From Candidatus Flemingiibacterium sp. (GTDB lineage Bacteria; Bacillota; Clostridia; Oscillospirales; CAG-272): a DNA stretch of 64,000 nucleotides. The notes under the pieces are model-generated. The model was given only the letters and a program-made list of their open reading frames with translations, was not told where the DNA came from and did not search any database. The DNA is taken from the NCBI GenBank assembly GCA_045632605.1, contig JAZQXA010000097.1, positions 18,020-82,019 on the forward strand, in the 5' to 3' direction. Within the stretch, counting starts at the first letter, position 1. Each line of letters begins with the position of its first letter. Shown piece after piece: positions 45,109-54,920 of the stretch. The translations under genes and the position numbers were made by a program.

Positions 45109-46167
45109 ATGATAACAAAGGAACTTTTTGGCAAAAAGCCTTGCGGAAGCGAGGTTTATGCATATACACTCACAAATAAAAACGGAGCATCGGTGAAGAT
45201 TCTCACGATGGGGGGCATAATACAGTCGCTTCTCGTTCCTGACCGCAACGGTAATATGGCGGACGTTGTTTTCGGATTTGACACGCTTGACGGATATCTC
45301 AAAGATAATGGCTATCAAGGTGCTGTTATCGGACGTTACTGCAACCGTATTGCAAACGGACGTTTTACACTCAACGGAATAACATATCAGCTTGCACTCA
45401 ACGAGAACGGAAAGGTTCATCTTCACGGCGGCAATGTCGGATTCAACAAAAAGATTTGGGACACGGTGCCGTATGAGAAGGTTGGAGAGCAGGGAGTTAT
45501 TATGACAACAGTCAGCGAGGACGCCGAGGAAAATTATCCCGGAACACTCCGCGTTAAGGTAACTTACAGCTTTACTGATGAAAATGAGCTTAAGATTCAC
45601 TATGAGGCAACGACTGACCAGGATACGGTTATAAATATGACGAATCACTCATATTTCAATCTTGGCGGTTATAATTCCGGTTCAGTTCTTGAACATTCAC
45701 TTGTGATTGATTCTGATGCAATATCGGCGATAAATGATAAGCTGATTCCGACCGGCGAGGCTTACAGCGTTGAAGGGACTCCGTTTGATTTCAGAGAAGC
45801 TAAAAAAATCGGCGAGCGCATTGATGATACCTCCGATGCACAGCTTGCTCTTGTCGGAGGATATGACCACAACTATATTCTGAATTCTGACGGCGAAATG
45901 AAAAAGGCTGCCGAGCTTTACGACGAAAAGTCCGGCCGTGTGATGTCGGTTATAACCGACCAGACATCGGTTCAGCTTTACGCTTCGCTCGGCATGAACG
46001 GTGAAATACCCATGAAGGGCGGAATGAAGCAGACACCGAAAACTGCGGTTTGCCTTGAAACACAGCACGCCCCCGACAGTCCGAATCACGATAATTTCCC
46101 GTCAACAAAGCTTCGTGTCGGCGAAAAATACGATACTACCACGATTTATGCGTTTGGTATAAAATAA
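45109..46167 (+). CDS. galM: Aldose 1-epimerase (galactose mutarotase)
   Basis: 352 aa. Family blocks GRYCNRIANGRFTLNG, HLHGG and TNHSYFNL. Confidence 0.85.
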   Translation: MITKELFGKKPCGSEVYAYTLTNKNGASVKILTMGGIIQSLLVPDRNGNMADVVFGFDTLDGYLKDNGYQGAVIGRYCNRIANGRFTLNGITYQLALNENGKVHLHGGNVGFNKKIWDTVPYEKVGEQGVIMTTVSEDAEENYPGTLRVKVTYSFTDENELKIHYEATTDQDTVINMTNHSYFNLGGYNSGSVLEHSLVIDSDAISAINDKLIPTGEAYSVEGTPFDFREAKKIGERIDDTSDAQLALVGGYDHNYILNSDGEMKKAAELYDEKSGRVMSVITDQTSVQLYASLGMNGEIPMKGGMKQTPKTAVCLETQHAPDSPNHDNFPSTKLRVGEKYDTTTIYAFGIK

Positions 46168-46184
46168 CTCCACTTGGAGGATAA

Positions 46185-47078
46185 ATGCAAGAATTTTTTA
46201 ATCATTTGTTTCATACCCTTGTCCATACGCTTGAGCATACCTGGTATATGCTCCCCTTGCTTCTCCTCATTTACCTACTCATTGAGGTTGTTGAGCATAA
46301 GGCGATGGATAGGGTTCGCCGTGTGCTTGCAAGCGAGAATCTCGGAATAGTCGGTGCATCTGCGCTCGGACTTTTTCCGCAGTGCGGTTTTTCGGTTGCG
46401 GCGGCTAATTTGTATGCAGAGCGTCTTGTGAGTGCCGGAGTTGTTGCGGCGGTTTTTGTTGCAACAAGTGATGAGGCCTTCCCGATACTCATAGCAAATC
46501 CCGGCAGTGCAAAATGGTTTCTGCCGCTGCTTGCGGTGAAATTTATTTATGCGATTGCGGTTGGCTTCCTTGTCAATTTTATTTTTCGCATCACCGGACT
46601 CGATAAGGCAAAGCACCGAGAAGCTCACAGTCACGGAGAGCATATACATGAGGGCGGAGAACATCACCACTGCTCTCACTGCGACAGTAGAAACGGTATT
46701 ATCTCCGCTGCTTTAAAAAGAGGTATATCCATATTTGCGTTCGTTTTTGTGACGAGCTTTGCGCTTCATCTTGTAATCGACCTTGTTGGCGAGGACAAGC
46801 TTGGTGCTTTTATGATGACAGACAGCATATTCCAGCCGTTTTTGACCGCACTTATCGGGCTTGTTCCAAACTGCGCGGCAAGTGTTGTCACAACCGAGCT
46901 TTTTGTTTCGGGAACACTTGGATTCGGTTCGCTTGCGGCGGCACTTTCAGCAGGTGCAGGCGTTGGTATGCTTGTACTTTTCCGAGTTAACCGTTCATAC
47001 AAACAAAACTTTGCTTTTGTGGGGATTTTATATCTTGCATCGGCTCTGCTCGGCGTACTTATAGAAATTCTGATTTAA
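46185..47078 (+). CDS. Putative 10-TM metal exporter (ArsP_2/putative manganese transporter-like) with a His-rich loop
   Basis: 297 aa polytopic protein. The central cytoplasmic loop is HREAHSHGEHIHEGGEHHHCSHCD. The family call is from memory of proteins annotated as putative manganese transporter and is not verified. Confidence 0.5.
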   Translation: MQEFFNHLFHTLVHTLEHTWYMLPLLLLIYLLIEVVEHKAMDRVRRVLASENLGIVGASALGLFPQCGFSVAAANLYAERLVSAGVVAAVFVATSDEAFPILIANPGSAKWFLPLLAVKFIYAIAVGFLVNFIFRITGLDKAKHREAHSHGEHIHEGGEHHHCSHCDSRNGIISAALKRGISIFAFVFVTSFALHLVIDLVGEDKLGAFMMTDSIFQPFLTALIGLVPNCAASVVTTELFVSGTLGFGSLAAALSAGAGVGMLVLFRVNRSYKQNFAFVGILYLASALLGVLIEILI

Positions 47079-47083
47079 CACTT

Positions 47084-47118
47084 CCGCACACGTGATACGT
47101 GTGCGGCGGCTGTTTTCT
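47084..47118 (+). terminator. Intrinsic terminator after the metal-exporter gene
   Basis: Stem CCGCACACG (47084-47092) pairs with CGTGTGCGG (47098-47106), followed by CGGCTGTTTTCTT. Confidence 0.6.
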
Positions 47119-47143
47119 TGAAACAAAAAGGAAAACCATAAAA

Positions 47144-48208
47144 ATGTTTGAAAAGCTTAAAATTACTGAAGAAAATTACGAAAAAATGGCAGAGGAGCTT
47201 GCTCTTCCCGAGGTTATAAGCGACCAGGAACGCTATACGAAGCTGATGCGTGAGCATAAACGGCTTACTCCTATTGTCGAAAAATATCGAGAATATACTG
47301 CGTGTGAAACACAGTTCCACGATACGGAAGAAATGCTCGGTGAGAAGCTTGATCCTGATATGGAGGAGCTTGTGCGAGAGGAGCTTAATGAGCTCAAAGA
47401 AAGGCTTCCTGTGCTCGAACAGGAGCTTCAGATACTTCTCCTGCCGCACGATCCGAATGATGACAAGAATGTAATCATCGAAATTCGCGGCGGTGCCGGC
47501 GGTGAGGAAGCAGCACTCTTTGCGTATGTGCTTTACCGTATGTACAATATGTATGCGGCAAGTGTCGGTTGGAAGACAGAGATAATCTCCTGCAACGAAA
47601 CTGAGCTTGGCGGATTTAAGGAAGTAAGCTTCATGGTTGAGGGGGAGGGTGCTTATTCAAGATTAAAGTTTGAATCGGGCGTTCACCGTGTACAGCGCGT
47701 CCCCGTTACCGAATCGCAGGGAAGAATACAGACCTCGACGGCGACTGTTGCAGTGCTTCCCGAAGCGGAAGATGTTGAAATTGAAATTAATCAATCCGAT
47801 CTTGAGATTGAAACTATAAAATCAAGCGGTGCCGGCGGTCAGCACGTTAATAAGACGGAATCGGCGATAAGACTGCTTCATAAGCCTACCGGAATCGTTA
47901 TTGAATGTCAGGACGAGCGTTCGCAGTTCAAGAATCGCGACAAGGCAATGAAGCTGCTTCGCACCAAGCTTTTTGATATGAAACAAGCAGAACAGGATGC
48001 TAAAATTGCATCCGAGCGAAAGAGTCAGGTTGGCACGGGTGACAGAAGTGAACGTATACGTACTTACAACTATCCGCAGAGCCGTGTTACCGACCACAGA
48101 ATCGGTGTTACTCTCCATTCGCTTGAGGAGTTTTTGAACGGCGATATTGCCGAAATGCTTACTGCCCTCGCTACGGCAGACACTGCCGCAAAGCTCGCGA
48201 ACGGCTGA
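47144..48208 (+). CDS. prfA: Peptide chain release factor 1
   Basis: ORF 47099..48208 runs into the terminator, so I moved the start to ATG 47144 (MFEKLKI). RF1-specific PVT tripeptide ([10 protein letters not shown]) and GGQ motif ([13 protein letters not shown]). Confidence 0.95.
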   Translation: MFEKLKITEENYEKMAEELALPEVISDQERYTKLMREHKRLTPIVEKYREYTACETQFHDTEEMLGEKLDPDMEELVREELNELKERLPVLEQELQILLLPHDPNDDKNVIIEIRGGAGGEEAALFAYVLYRMYNMYAASVGWKTEIISCNETELGGFKEVSFMVEGEGAYSRLKFESGVHRVQRVPVTESQGRIQTSTATVAVLPEAEDVEIEINQSDLEIETIKSSGAGGQHVNKTESAIRLLHKPTGIVIECQDERSQFKNRDKAMKLLRTKLFDMKQAEQDAKIASERKSQVGTGDRSERIRTYNYPQSRVTDHRIGVTLHSLEEFLNGDIAEMLTALATADTAAKLANG

Positions 48209-48235
48209 TATATCTAAAAAATCGAAAGGACAAAA

Positions 48236-49273
48236 ATGGACACTATAATATCACGTCTTACCGATGATGAAAAATTAAACAGCGAAATATTTGCCTATGC
48301 AGGCAAAATGCTTCGCGATGGCGGACTTGTTGCATTTCCGACTGAAACAGTTTACGGTCTTGGTGCAAATGCGCTGAATTCCGATGCGGCGGCAAAAATT
48401 TACGCTGCAAAGGGAAGACCTTCCGATAATCCTTTGATAGTTCATCTCTCAAAGGTTGAGGATGCTGACAAATACTGCTATACAAGCGAGCTTTTTTGGC
48501 GTATTGCAGAAAAATTCATGCCGGGACCGATAACGGTTGTTATGCCAAAGCGCGAATGTATTCCCGATACTGTAACGGGTGGACTTGATACGGTTGCGAT
48601 ACGTATTCCGTCAAATGAATCTGCAAGACGGCTTATTGAGGCGGCGGGTGTACCGATAGCTGCACCGAGTGCAAATTTATCGGGCAAGCCGAGCCCGACG
48701 TGCTACGAGCACGTTGCGGCAGACATGGTGGGACGAATCAATATGATTGTTGCCGGTGACGAATCCGACATCGGAGTGGAATCTACGATTATAAAGATTG
48801 ACGACGGCAAAATAACACTGCTCCGACCGGGCGGTGTTACCGTTGAGATGCTCGAAGAAATCGGCGAAGTCGAATTTGACCGTGCTATAATTGGAAAGCT
48901 TGCTGACGGTGAGCGTCCACTTGCACCGGGTATGAAATACAGACATTATGCACCGGAAACACGGCTGGTCATGCTTGACGGCTCGGATGAGCAGATATAT
49001 GAGTTTTTATCGGAGCAGGCAGAGTTAAAAAAGGTTGGCATACTTATGTTTGATGACGAAACCGAGAAATTCTCCGACCTTGCGATATGCCGGGTTTCGC
49101 TTGGTGAGCACTGTGCCGAAAATGAGGCGCACAGTCTTTTTAAGATGCTCCGGGCAATTGACAATGAAAATTGCGATGTTTTCTATACCAAGGTTCCCGA
49201 AAAGACGGGGATCGGACTTGCGGTATATAACCGTCTTTTAAAGGCGGCAGGACATGAGATAATTAAGCTTTAA
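48236..49273 (+). CDS. tsaC: L-threonylcarbamoyladenylate synthase, long Sua5/YwlC type
   Basis: 345 aa. YrdC domain blocks (FPTETVYGLGANA, KGRPSDNPLIVH, SANLSGKPSPT) plus a Sua5-type C-terminal domain. Confidence 0.85.
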   Translation: MDTIISRLTDDEKLNSEIFAYAGKMLRDGGLVAFPTETVYGLGANALNSDAAAKIYAAKGRPSDNPLIVHLSKVEDADKYCYTSELFWRIAEKFMPGPITVVMPKRECIPDTVTGGLDTVAIRIPSNESARRLIEAAGVPIAAPSANLSGKPSPTCYEHVAADMVGRINMIVAGDESDIGVESTIIKIDDGKITLLRPGGVTVEMLEEIGEVEFDRAIIGKLADGERPLAPGMKYRHYAPETRLVMLDGSDEQIYEFLSEQAELKKVGILMFDDETEKFSDLAICRVSLGEHCAENEAHSLFKMLRAIDNENCDVFYTKVPEKTGIGLAVYNRLLKAAGHEIIKL

Positions 49274-49316
49274 AAGGCTTTTTGGATAAATTTTTAGAAC
49301 GAAACGGAGAACGACG

Positions 49317-51563
49317 ATGGCACGCAAAACCAAAGAAATCAAGCGCACTACAAGCGGTATAACTGCCGAGATTACCGATCAGGCGATAACCGATACCATA
49401 CGCACAAATTTCATGCCATACGCAATGTATGTCATACGCGACCGCGCTATTCCCGAAATTGACGGATTCAAGCCGTCACACAGAAAGCTCCTTTACACGA
49501 TGTATAAAATGGGTCTGCTCACCGGTAACAGAACCAAATCGGCAAATGTCGTCGGTCAGACGATGAAGCTGAATCCTCACGGTGATGCGGCAATTTATGA
49601 AACGATGGTTCGTTTGACACGCGGACATGAGGCACTGCTTCATCCATTTGTTGATTCAAAGGGAAGCTTTGGAAAGCAGTACAGCCGCGATATGGCTTAC
49701 GCCGCATCGCGTTATACTGAGGTTAAACTCGATTCATTCTGTTCAGAGCTTTTCCGCGGTATTGACAAGGATGCCGTTGACATGGTTGACAACTATGATG
49801 CGACAATGAAAGAGCCGGTGCTCCTGCCGACGACATTTCCAAATGTGCTTGTAACGCCAAATCTCGGAATTGCAGTTGGTATGACGAGTAATATCTGTTC
49901 ATTTAATCTCGGAGAAATATGCGACGGTGCAATACAGCTTTTGCGCAGACCGGATACGCCCGTTGACAAAATGCTCGATATCATAAAAGCTCCCGATTTT
50001 CCCGGCGGAGCGTACATCATATATGACCGCGACAAAATGCGCGAGATTATGAAAACCGGACGCGGCGGAATTACACTGCGCTCACGTTATAATTATGAGA
50101 AAAAGGACAACTGTATTGACATAACGCAGATTCCTTATTCAACGTCAATTGAGCTTATAATGAACCGAATTACTGACCTTGTTAAAGAGGGCAAGCTTAA
50201 GGAAATCGTTGATTTCAGAGATGAGATTGACCTTTCGGGATTTAAACTCACACTTGATTTGCGTCGCGGAGTTGACCCCGATAAGCTCATGACCAAGCTC
50301 TTTAAGATGACGTCACTTGAAGATAATTTTAACTGCAATTTCAATGTGCTTATCGACGGAACACCGCGTCAGATGGGCGTTATTGAGATACTTAACGAGT
50401 GGATACGCTTCCGTATGGGATGTGTACGCCGTGAGCTTTCATATGAGCTTAAAAAGAAGAAGGACAAGCTGCATCTTCTCATGGGGCTTGGAAAGATACT
50501 GCTTGATATCGACAAGGCGATTAAAATTGTCCGCGAAACAGAGCTTGAAGCTGACGTTGTTCCGAACCTCATGGCAGGCTTTGGAATCGACGAAATTCAG
50601 GCAGAATATATTGCGGAAATAAAACTCCGTTATCTCAACCGTGAATATATCATCAACCGCATTAAGGAGATTGAAACTCTGCAAAAGGAGATTGCCGAGC
50701 TTGAAGCGAAGATTGGCGATGATATAAAGGTTCGTGAGCATATTGCAAACGAGCTTCGAGAAATCAAAAAGAAATATGGAAAGCCGCGTCTTACACAGCT
50801 CATTTATCCCGATGATATCGAGGTTTACGAGCCTGAAAGCGAAATTGAAAACTACAATGTTCGCGTATATCTCACCCGTGACGGCTACTTCAAGAAGATC
50901 ACTCCGCAGTCACTCCGCGGAAGTGATGTTCAACAGCTCAAAGACGGCGATGTTATCGTTCATGAGCAGGATACTGAGAATATAGCTGAGGTTATATTCT
51001 TCTCCGATAAGGCGCAGTGCTATAAGGCGAAGATTGATGACTTCGACAATGTAAAGGCATCACAGCTCGGTGACTATATTCCTGCAAAGCTCGGCTTTGA
51101 CGAGGGCGAAAAGGTTGCGGCAATGGCGGTGCTTACGGAGTACCGTGACGATGCTTATATGCTGTTTGTTTTCGAAAACGGCAAGGGCGTACGTGTACCG
51201 ATAAGCGCATATCAGACCAAGACAAACCGCCGTAAGCTGACGGCCGCATATGCCGATTCCTCGCCGCTTGCAGGTGCGATGTATCTGACCGCTCCGTGTG
51301 AGGTTATGCTTGTTAATAATGCGAACAGAGCGATTTCTTTAAAGAGCGAGCTTATTCCCGAAAAGACAACAAGAAACTCGGTTGGCGTCCAGGTAATGCA
51401 GATGAAGCGAGGACAAAAGGTGACATCACTAATGCGTGACTTTGAGGGACATATCGCAAATGCATCGAAATATCACAAGATTAAAATTCCGGCGGCATCA
51501 ATACTGCTTGAGGAATACGATATAAATAAAATTCAAATTCGTTTTACTGACGAAGAAATGTGA
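49317..51563 (+). CDS. Type IIA DNA topoisomerase subunit A family protein (divergent GyrA/ParC-like, 748 aa)
   Basis: N-terminal blocks PYAMYVIRDRAIPEIDGFKPSHRKLLY, NPHGDAAIYETMVRL and the catalytic-Tyr context AASRYTE. No B subunit gene is adjacent. Confidence 0.8.
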   Translation: MARKTKEIKRTTSGITAEITDQAITDTIRTNFMPYAMYVIRDRAIPEIDGFKPSHRKLLYTMYKMGLLTGNRTKSANVVGQTMKLNPHGDAAIYETMVRLTRGHEALLHPFVDSKGSFGKQYSRDMAYAASRYTEVKLDSFCSELFRGIDKDAVDMVDNYDATMKEPVLLPTTFPNVLVTPNLGIAVGMTSNICSFNLGEICDGAIQLLRRPDTPVDKMLDIIKAPDFPGGAYIIYDRDKMREIMKTGRGGITLRSRYNYEKKDNCIDITQIPYSTSIELIMNRITDLVKEGKLKEIVDFRDEIDLSGFKLTLDLRRGVDPDKLMTKLFKMTSLEDNFNCNFNVLIDGTPRQMGVIEILNEWIRFRMGCVRRELSYELKKKKDKLHLLMGLGKILLDIDKAIKIVRETELEADVVPNLMAGFGIDEIQAEYIAEIKLRYLNREYIINRIKEIETLQKEIAELEAKIGDDIKVREHIANELREIKKKYGKPRLTQLIYPDDIEVYEPESEIENYNVRVYLTRDGYFKKITPQSLRGSDVQQLKDGDVIVHEQDTENIAEVIFFSDKAQCYKAKIDDFDNVKASQLGDYIPAKLGFDEGEKVAAMAVLTEYRDDAYMLFVFENGKGVRVPISAYQTKTNRRKLTAAYADSSPLAGAMYLTAPCEVMLVNNANRAISLKSELIPEKTTRNSVGVQVMQMKRGQKVTSLMRDFEGHIANASKYHKIKIPAASILLEEYDINKIQIRFTDEEM

Positions 51564-51573
51564 GGTTAATATC

Positions 51574-52356
51574 ATGGAAATCAAACTTTGGGAAAACAAC
51601 ATTCCGTATCTTCTTGAAGATGCAAAGACACCGAACTTAATGACAACTTATTTTATTGATACCGATAAGCCGCTTCCGTGTATCGTAATTTATCCTGGCG
51701 GCGGATATCATAATCTTGCGTGGTATGAAGGTTCGCCGTATGCCGAATTTTTCAATAAGCGCGGTATGCACGCGGTTGTTGTTGATTACAGAATTGATCC
51801 CAACCGTGATCCGGCACCGCTTGCTGATGCACAGCGTGCAATTAAAATTTTGCGTGCCAACGCCGAAAAATGGAAAATTGACCCCAATCGAATCGTAACT
51901 ATGGGTTCATCTGCCGGCGGACATCTTGCGGCTTGCACTATCACTCTCCCCGATGTTTGTGAGGAGCCTCAGGACGAAATCGACAAAATGTCCTGCAAGC
52001 CGAACGGCGCGATACTTTGCTATCCTGTAATTTCGGTAATTGACAGCTTTGCTCATACCGGAAGCGGTATGCATCTTCTCGGTGAAAAGCGTTATCCGAG
52101 AGAGGGTGCATATTTCTCGCTCAATAATCAGGTTACTCCCGAAACCCCTAAGGTTTTCATCTGGCATACCTCAGATGACGAATGTGTAAACGTCAAAAAT
52201 TCGCTCGTATTTGGTGAAAAGCTCCGCGACAACGGTATTCCGTTTGAAATGCATATTTATCCGCACGGAAAGCACGGACTTGGACTTGCGCTTGACCGTG
52301 AAGATATCCGTCCGTGGGCAGATCTCGCTGCAGATTGGGTTGAACGCAATATATAA
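51574..52356 (+). CDS. Alpha/beta hydrolase (acetyl esterase/lipase-like)
   Basis: 260 aa. Oxyanion region YPGGGY, nucleophile elbow GSSAGGHLA, late HxxxD/H region (HTSDD ... HG). Confidence 0.75.
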   Translation: MEIKLWENNIPYLLEDAKTPNLMTTYFIDTDKPLPCIVIYPGGGYHNLAWYEGSPYAEFFNKRGMHAVVVDYRIDPNRDPAPLADAQRAIKILRANAEKWKIDPNRIVTMGSSAGGHLAACTITLPDVCEEPQDEIDKMSCKPNGAILCYPVISVIDSFAHTGSGMHLLGEKRYPREGAYFSLNNQVTPETPKVFIWHTSDDECVNVKNSLVFGEKLRDNGIPFEMHIYPHGKHGLGLALDREDIRPWADLAADWVERNI

Positions 52357-52357
52357 A

Positions 52358-53764
52358 ATGTTTTTTATAGGAAAGAAAAAAGCGTATAGCAGAGAATATA
52401 CGCTTTTTTCGAACAAAGATATAATCAGACTTGTTCTGCCGCTTATAGTTGAACAGTTTCTCGCAATTTCGGTGGGAATGTTCGATACGATGATGGTGTC
52501 AAGCCTCGGTGAAAGTGCGGTTTCAGGCGTTTCGCTTGTAGATATGATAAGCAAGCTGATGATAAACATTTTCGCCGCACTTGCAACCGGCGGTGCGGTC
52601 ATATGTGCTCATGAGGTCGGTTTTGCCAAGACACAAACGGATAAGCCCGATTATTCTGCGGCACGTGCGGCGGCAAAGCATTTACTGCTTATTTTAAGCG
52701 CTGCATCATGTATTATTGCACTTTTATGTTATTTTCTGCGTGCTCCGATTCTGAATTTGCTTTTTGGAAAAATTGAAGAAGATACGATGAACAGCGCGCT
52801 TACTTATTTTGCAATTTGTGCGGTATCTTACCCGTTTCTGGCACTTTATAACGGCTTTGCCGCACTCTTTCGCACTATGGGTAACTCAAAGGTTACCATG
52901 GTGACATCCATAATAACAAACATCGTAAACCTCATCGGAAACGCACTGCTCATATTTGTTTTTGACATGGGTGTTGCCGGTGCGGCTTGGTCAACAGCTT
53001 TTTCGCGTATGCTCGGTATGCTTATTCTCGCCGTACTGATTGTGAATAAAAAACATGATATTCACATAAACTTTTTCGAGCGCTTTAAGGTTAAATTCAC
53101 AACTGTAAAACGTATACTCGGCATAGGACTTCCCAACGGGTTTGAGAACAGTGTTTTCAGCCTCGGTCGCATTCTTGTAATTTCGATGATATCCGGCTTC
53201 GGTGAGATTCAGCTTGCAGCAAATTCGGTTGCAAATAATCTCGATCAGCTCGGTTGTATTCCCGGGCAGGCTATATGCCTTGCAATGGTCACAGTTGTAG
53301 GTCAGTGTATCGGTGCAGGTGATCTTGATGCGGCTGACTATTACCGAAAAAAGCTTACACGTATGAGCTTTATGTTTATGGCGGCTGTTGAAGTCGCGAT
53401 TATTATGACATTGCCGCTTACACTTCGTCTTTATGACCTTACTGCCGAAACGCTGAAGCTTGCGGCGGTACTTATTTTGATTCACGATGGGCTTGGAATG
53501 TTTCTTTGGACTCCCTCGTTCGTTACGCCGAATGCCTTGCGTGCGGCGAAGGATGTTAGGTACACTATGATTGTTTCAGTTTCATCAATGATCGGATTTC
53601 GCGTACTGTTTTCATACATAATCGGTGTCGTATTTGAGGTCGGTATTATCGGTGTGTGGATTGCGATGGTGTTTGACTGGATATTCAGAGCAACGATGTT
53701 TGCGCTTCGCATACACAGCCAAAAGTGGCTTTCACATATTCCTAAAAAGCTTAGTGAGGGATGA
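52358..53764 (+). CDS. MATE family efflux transporter
   Basis: ORF 52211..53764 overlaps the previous gene, so I moved the start to ATG 52358 (MFFIGKKK), just after the upstream TAA. It has 12 predicted TM helices and the typical N-terminal LPLIVEQFL ... DTMMVS block. Confidence 0.85.
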   Translation: MFFIGKKKAYSREYTLFSNKDIIRLVLPLIVEQFLAISVGMFDTMMVSSLGESAVSGVSLVDMISKLMINIFAALATGGAVICAHEVGFAKTQTDKPDYSAARAAAKHLLLILSAASCIIALLCYFLRAPILNLLFGKIEEDTMNSALTYFAICAVSYPFLALYNGFAALFRTMGNSKVTMVTSIITNIVNLIGNALLIFVFDMGVAGAAWSTAFSRMLGMLILAVLIVNKKHDIHINFFERFKVKFTTVKRILGIGLPNGFENSVFSLGRILVISMISGFGEIQLAANSVANNLDQLGCIPGQAICLAMVTVVGQCIGAGDLDAADYYRKKLTRMSFMFMAAVEVAIIMTLPLTLRLYDLTAETLKLAAVLILIHDGLGMFLWTPSFVTPNALRAAKDVRYTMIVSVSSMIGFRVLFSYIIGVVFEVGIIGVWIAMVFDWIFRATMFALRIHSQKWLSHIPKKLSEG

Positions 53765-54867
53765 TAATGGCTGGAATTTTTGATTACCTTGAATGGCGCG
53801 GAGATATATCACTGACTGCAGTGCCTCTGTGTGACGCTGACAGACTGATTTTTTCCGAGCTTTCATATATCGACCTCGGTGCAGATGAGCCTTTACCGAT
53901 GCCGGAGCTTTGCCCTAAAACTCTAAAAAAGCAGGAAGTTATAAAAAATAGCGGTTCACGCCAAACTATTCTTCATCATAAACAGGACGAAAAACTGCTT
54001 GAGATGCTTTCAAAAGCGCCGCGTTACGCTGACGTTAAAATCGGGTACTGCGAGTCAAAGACTAATAAAAAACGCGAGGAGCAGTTTGCCGCAATGACGG
54101 TTTTTTTGCCCGATTCATCATTGATTATCGTATTTCGCGGTACGGATTGGTCGCTCGTTGGATGGAAAGAGGACTTTAACATGTCATACTGCGAAGTGGT
54201 ACCTGCACAAAAAAGCGCGCTCGATTACCTTATAAGAATAGCCTCGCTCTGCGACGGAAAGCTGCACATTACAGGTCACTCAAAAGGCGGAAATTTGTCG
54301 ATATATTCTGCGGTTTCCGCTCCGTCCGAAATAGCTGAAAGAATCATTGACGTGACGAGCCTTGACGGCCCGGGCTTTTGCGAAAGTTTAATTTCTTCGC
54401 CTGAATATGCCGCAATTAAGGAACGTATTCAAACATATATGCCGAGTGCTTCAATTGTCGGAACTCTCTTTTCCCATACCGGAAAATTTGCGATTATAAA
54501 GAGTCGCGGCAGAGGCTTTATGCAGCATATTCCTTACAATTGGGAGATAATGGGCGGCGGCTTCGTTACTGCGGCAGTGCGTGACGGTACAAGTCAACTT
54601 ATTGAAACAACACTCAACGATTGGCTTTTCGGAATCCCGATTGACGAACGGCGAAAATTCATCGATACGGTATGGTCTGTAATTACCGAGCTTGGAATTG
54701 ATGAGCTAGGAGAACTGCTTGATGGCAAAAATGCACGTGCTATAATAAAGAATTACCACTCTCTCGACGAGGATTCACGTTTGCTGATATCAGATATATT
54801 GACGAAGCTCCGCGAGTCTGCAAAGGCATCGCTCGGAGAGCTGATTTCGCAGGCGAAGAAAAAATAA
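53761..54867 (+). CDS. DUF2974/Mbeg1-like alpha/beta hydrolase family protein
   Basis: 368 aa. The start is ATG 53761 (ATGA overlap with the MATE stop) or ATG 53767. Family-typical N-terminus IFDYLEWRGDISL and nucleophile elbow GHSKGGNL. Confidence 0.7.
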   Translation: MIMAGIFDYLEWRGDISLTAVPLCDADRLIFSELSYIDLGADEPLPMPELCPKTLKKQEVIKNSGSRQTILHHKQDEKLLEMLSKAPRYADVKIGYCESKTNKKREEQFAAMTVFLPDSSLIIVFRGTDWSLVGWKEDFNMSYCEVVPAQKSALDYLIRIASLCDGKLHITGHSKGGNLSIYSAVSAPSEIAERIIDVTSLDGPGFCESLISSPEYAAIKERIQTYMPSASIVGTLFSHTGKFAIIKSRGRGFMQHIPYNWEIMGGGFVTAAVRDGTSQLIETTLNDWLFGIPIDERRKFIDTVWSVITELGIDELGELLDGKNARAIIKNYHSLDEDSRLLISDILTKLRESAKASLGELISQAKKK

Positions 54868-54874
54868 ATAAAAC

Positions 54875-54913
54875 GAGCTGTCCGTTTAAATTGTTACGGA
54901 CAGCTCATTTTTA
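54875..54913. terminator. Bidirectional intrinsic terminator between the DUF2974 gene and cimA
   Basis: Stem GAGCTGTCCGT (54875-54885) pairs with ACGGACAGCTC (54896-54906). A T-run lies downstream and an A-run upstream. Confidence 0.85.
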
Positions 54914-54920
54914 TATGGCG

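Noticed and set aside
47144-49273. Absence of prmC between prfA and tsaC as a sign of deletion or rearrangement
   Set aside because: prfA and tsaC are separated by only 27 nt with no scar, repeat or pseudogene remnant. prmC is probably encoded elsewhere. This is not informative without the whole genome.
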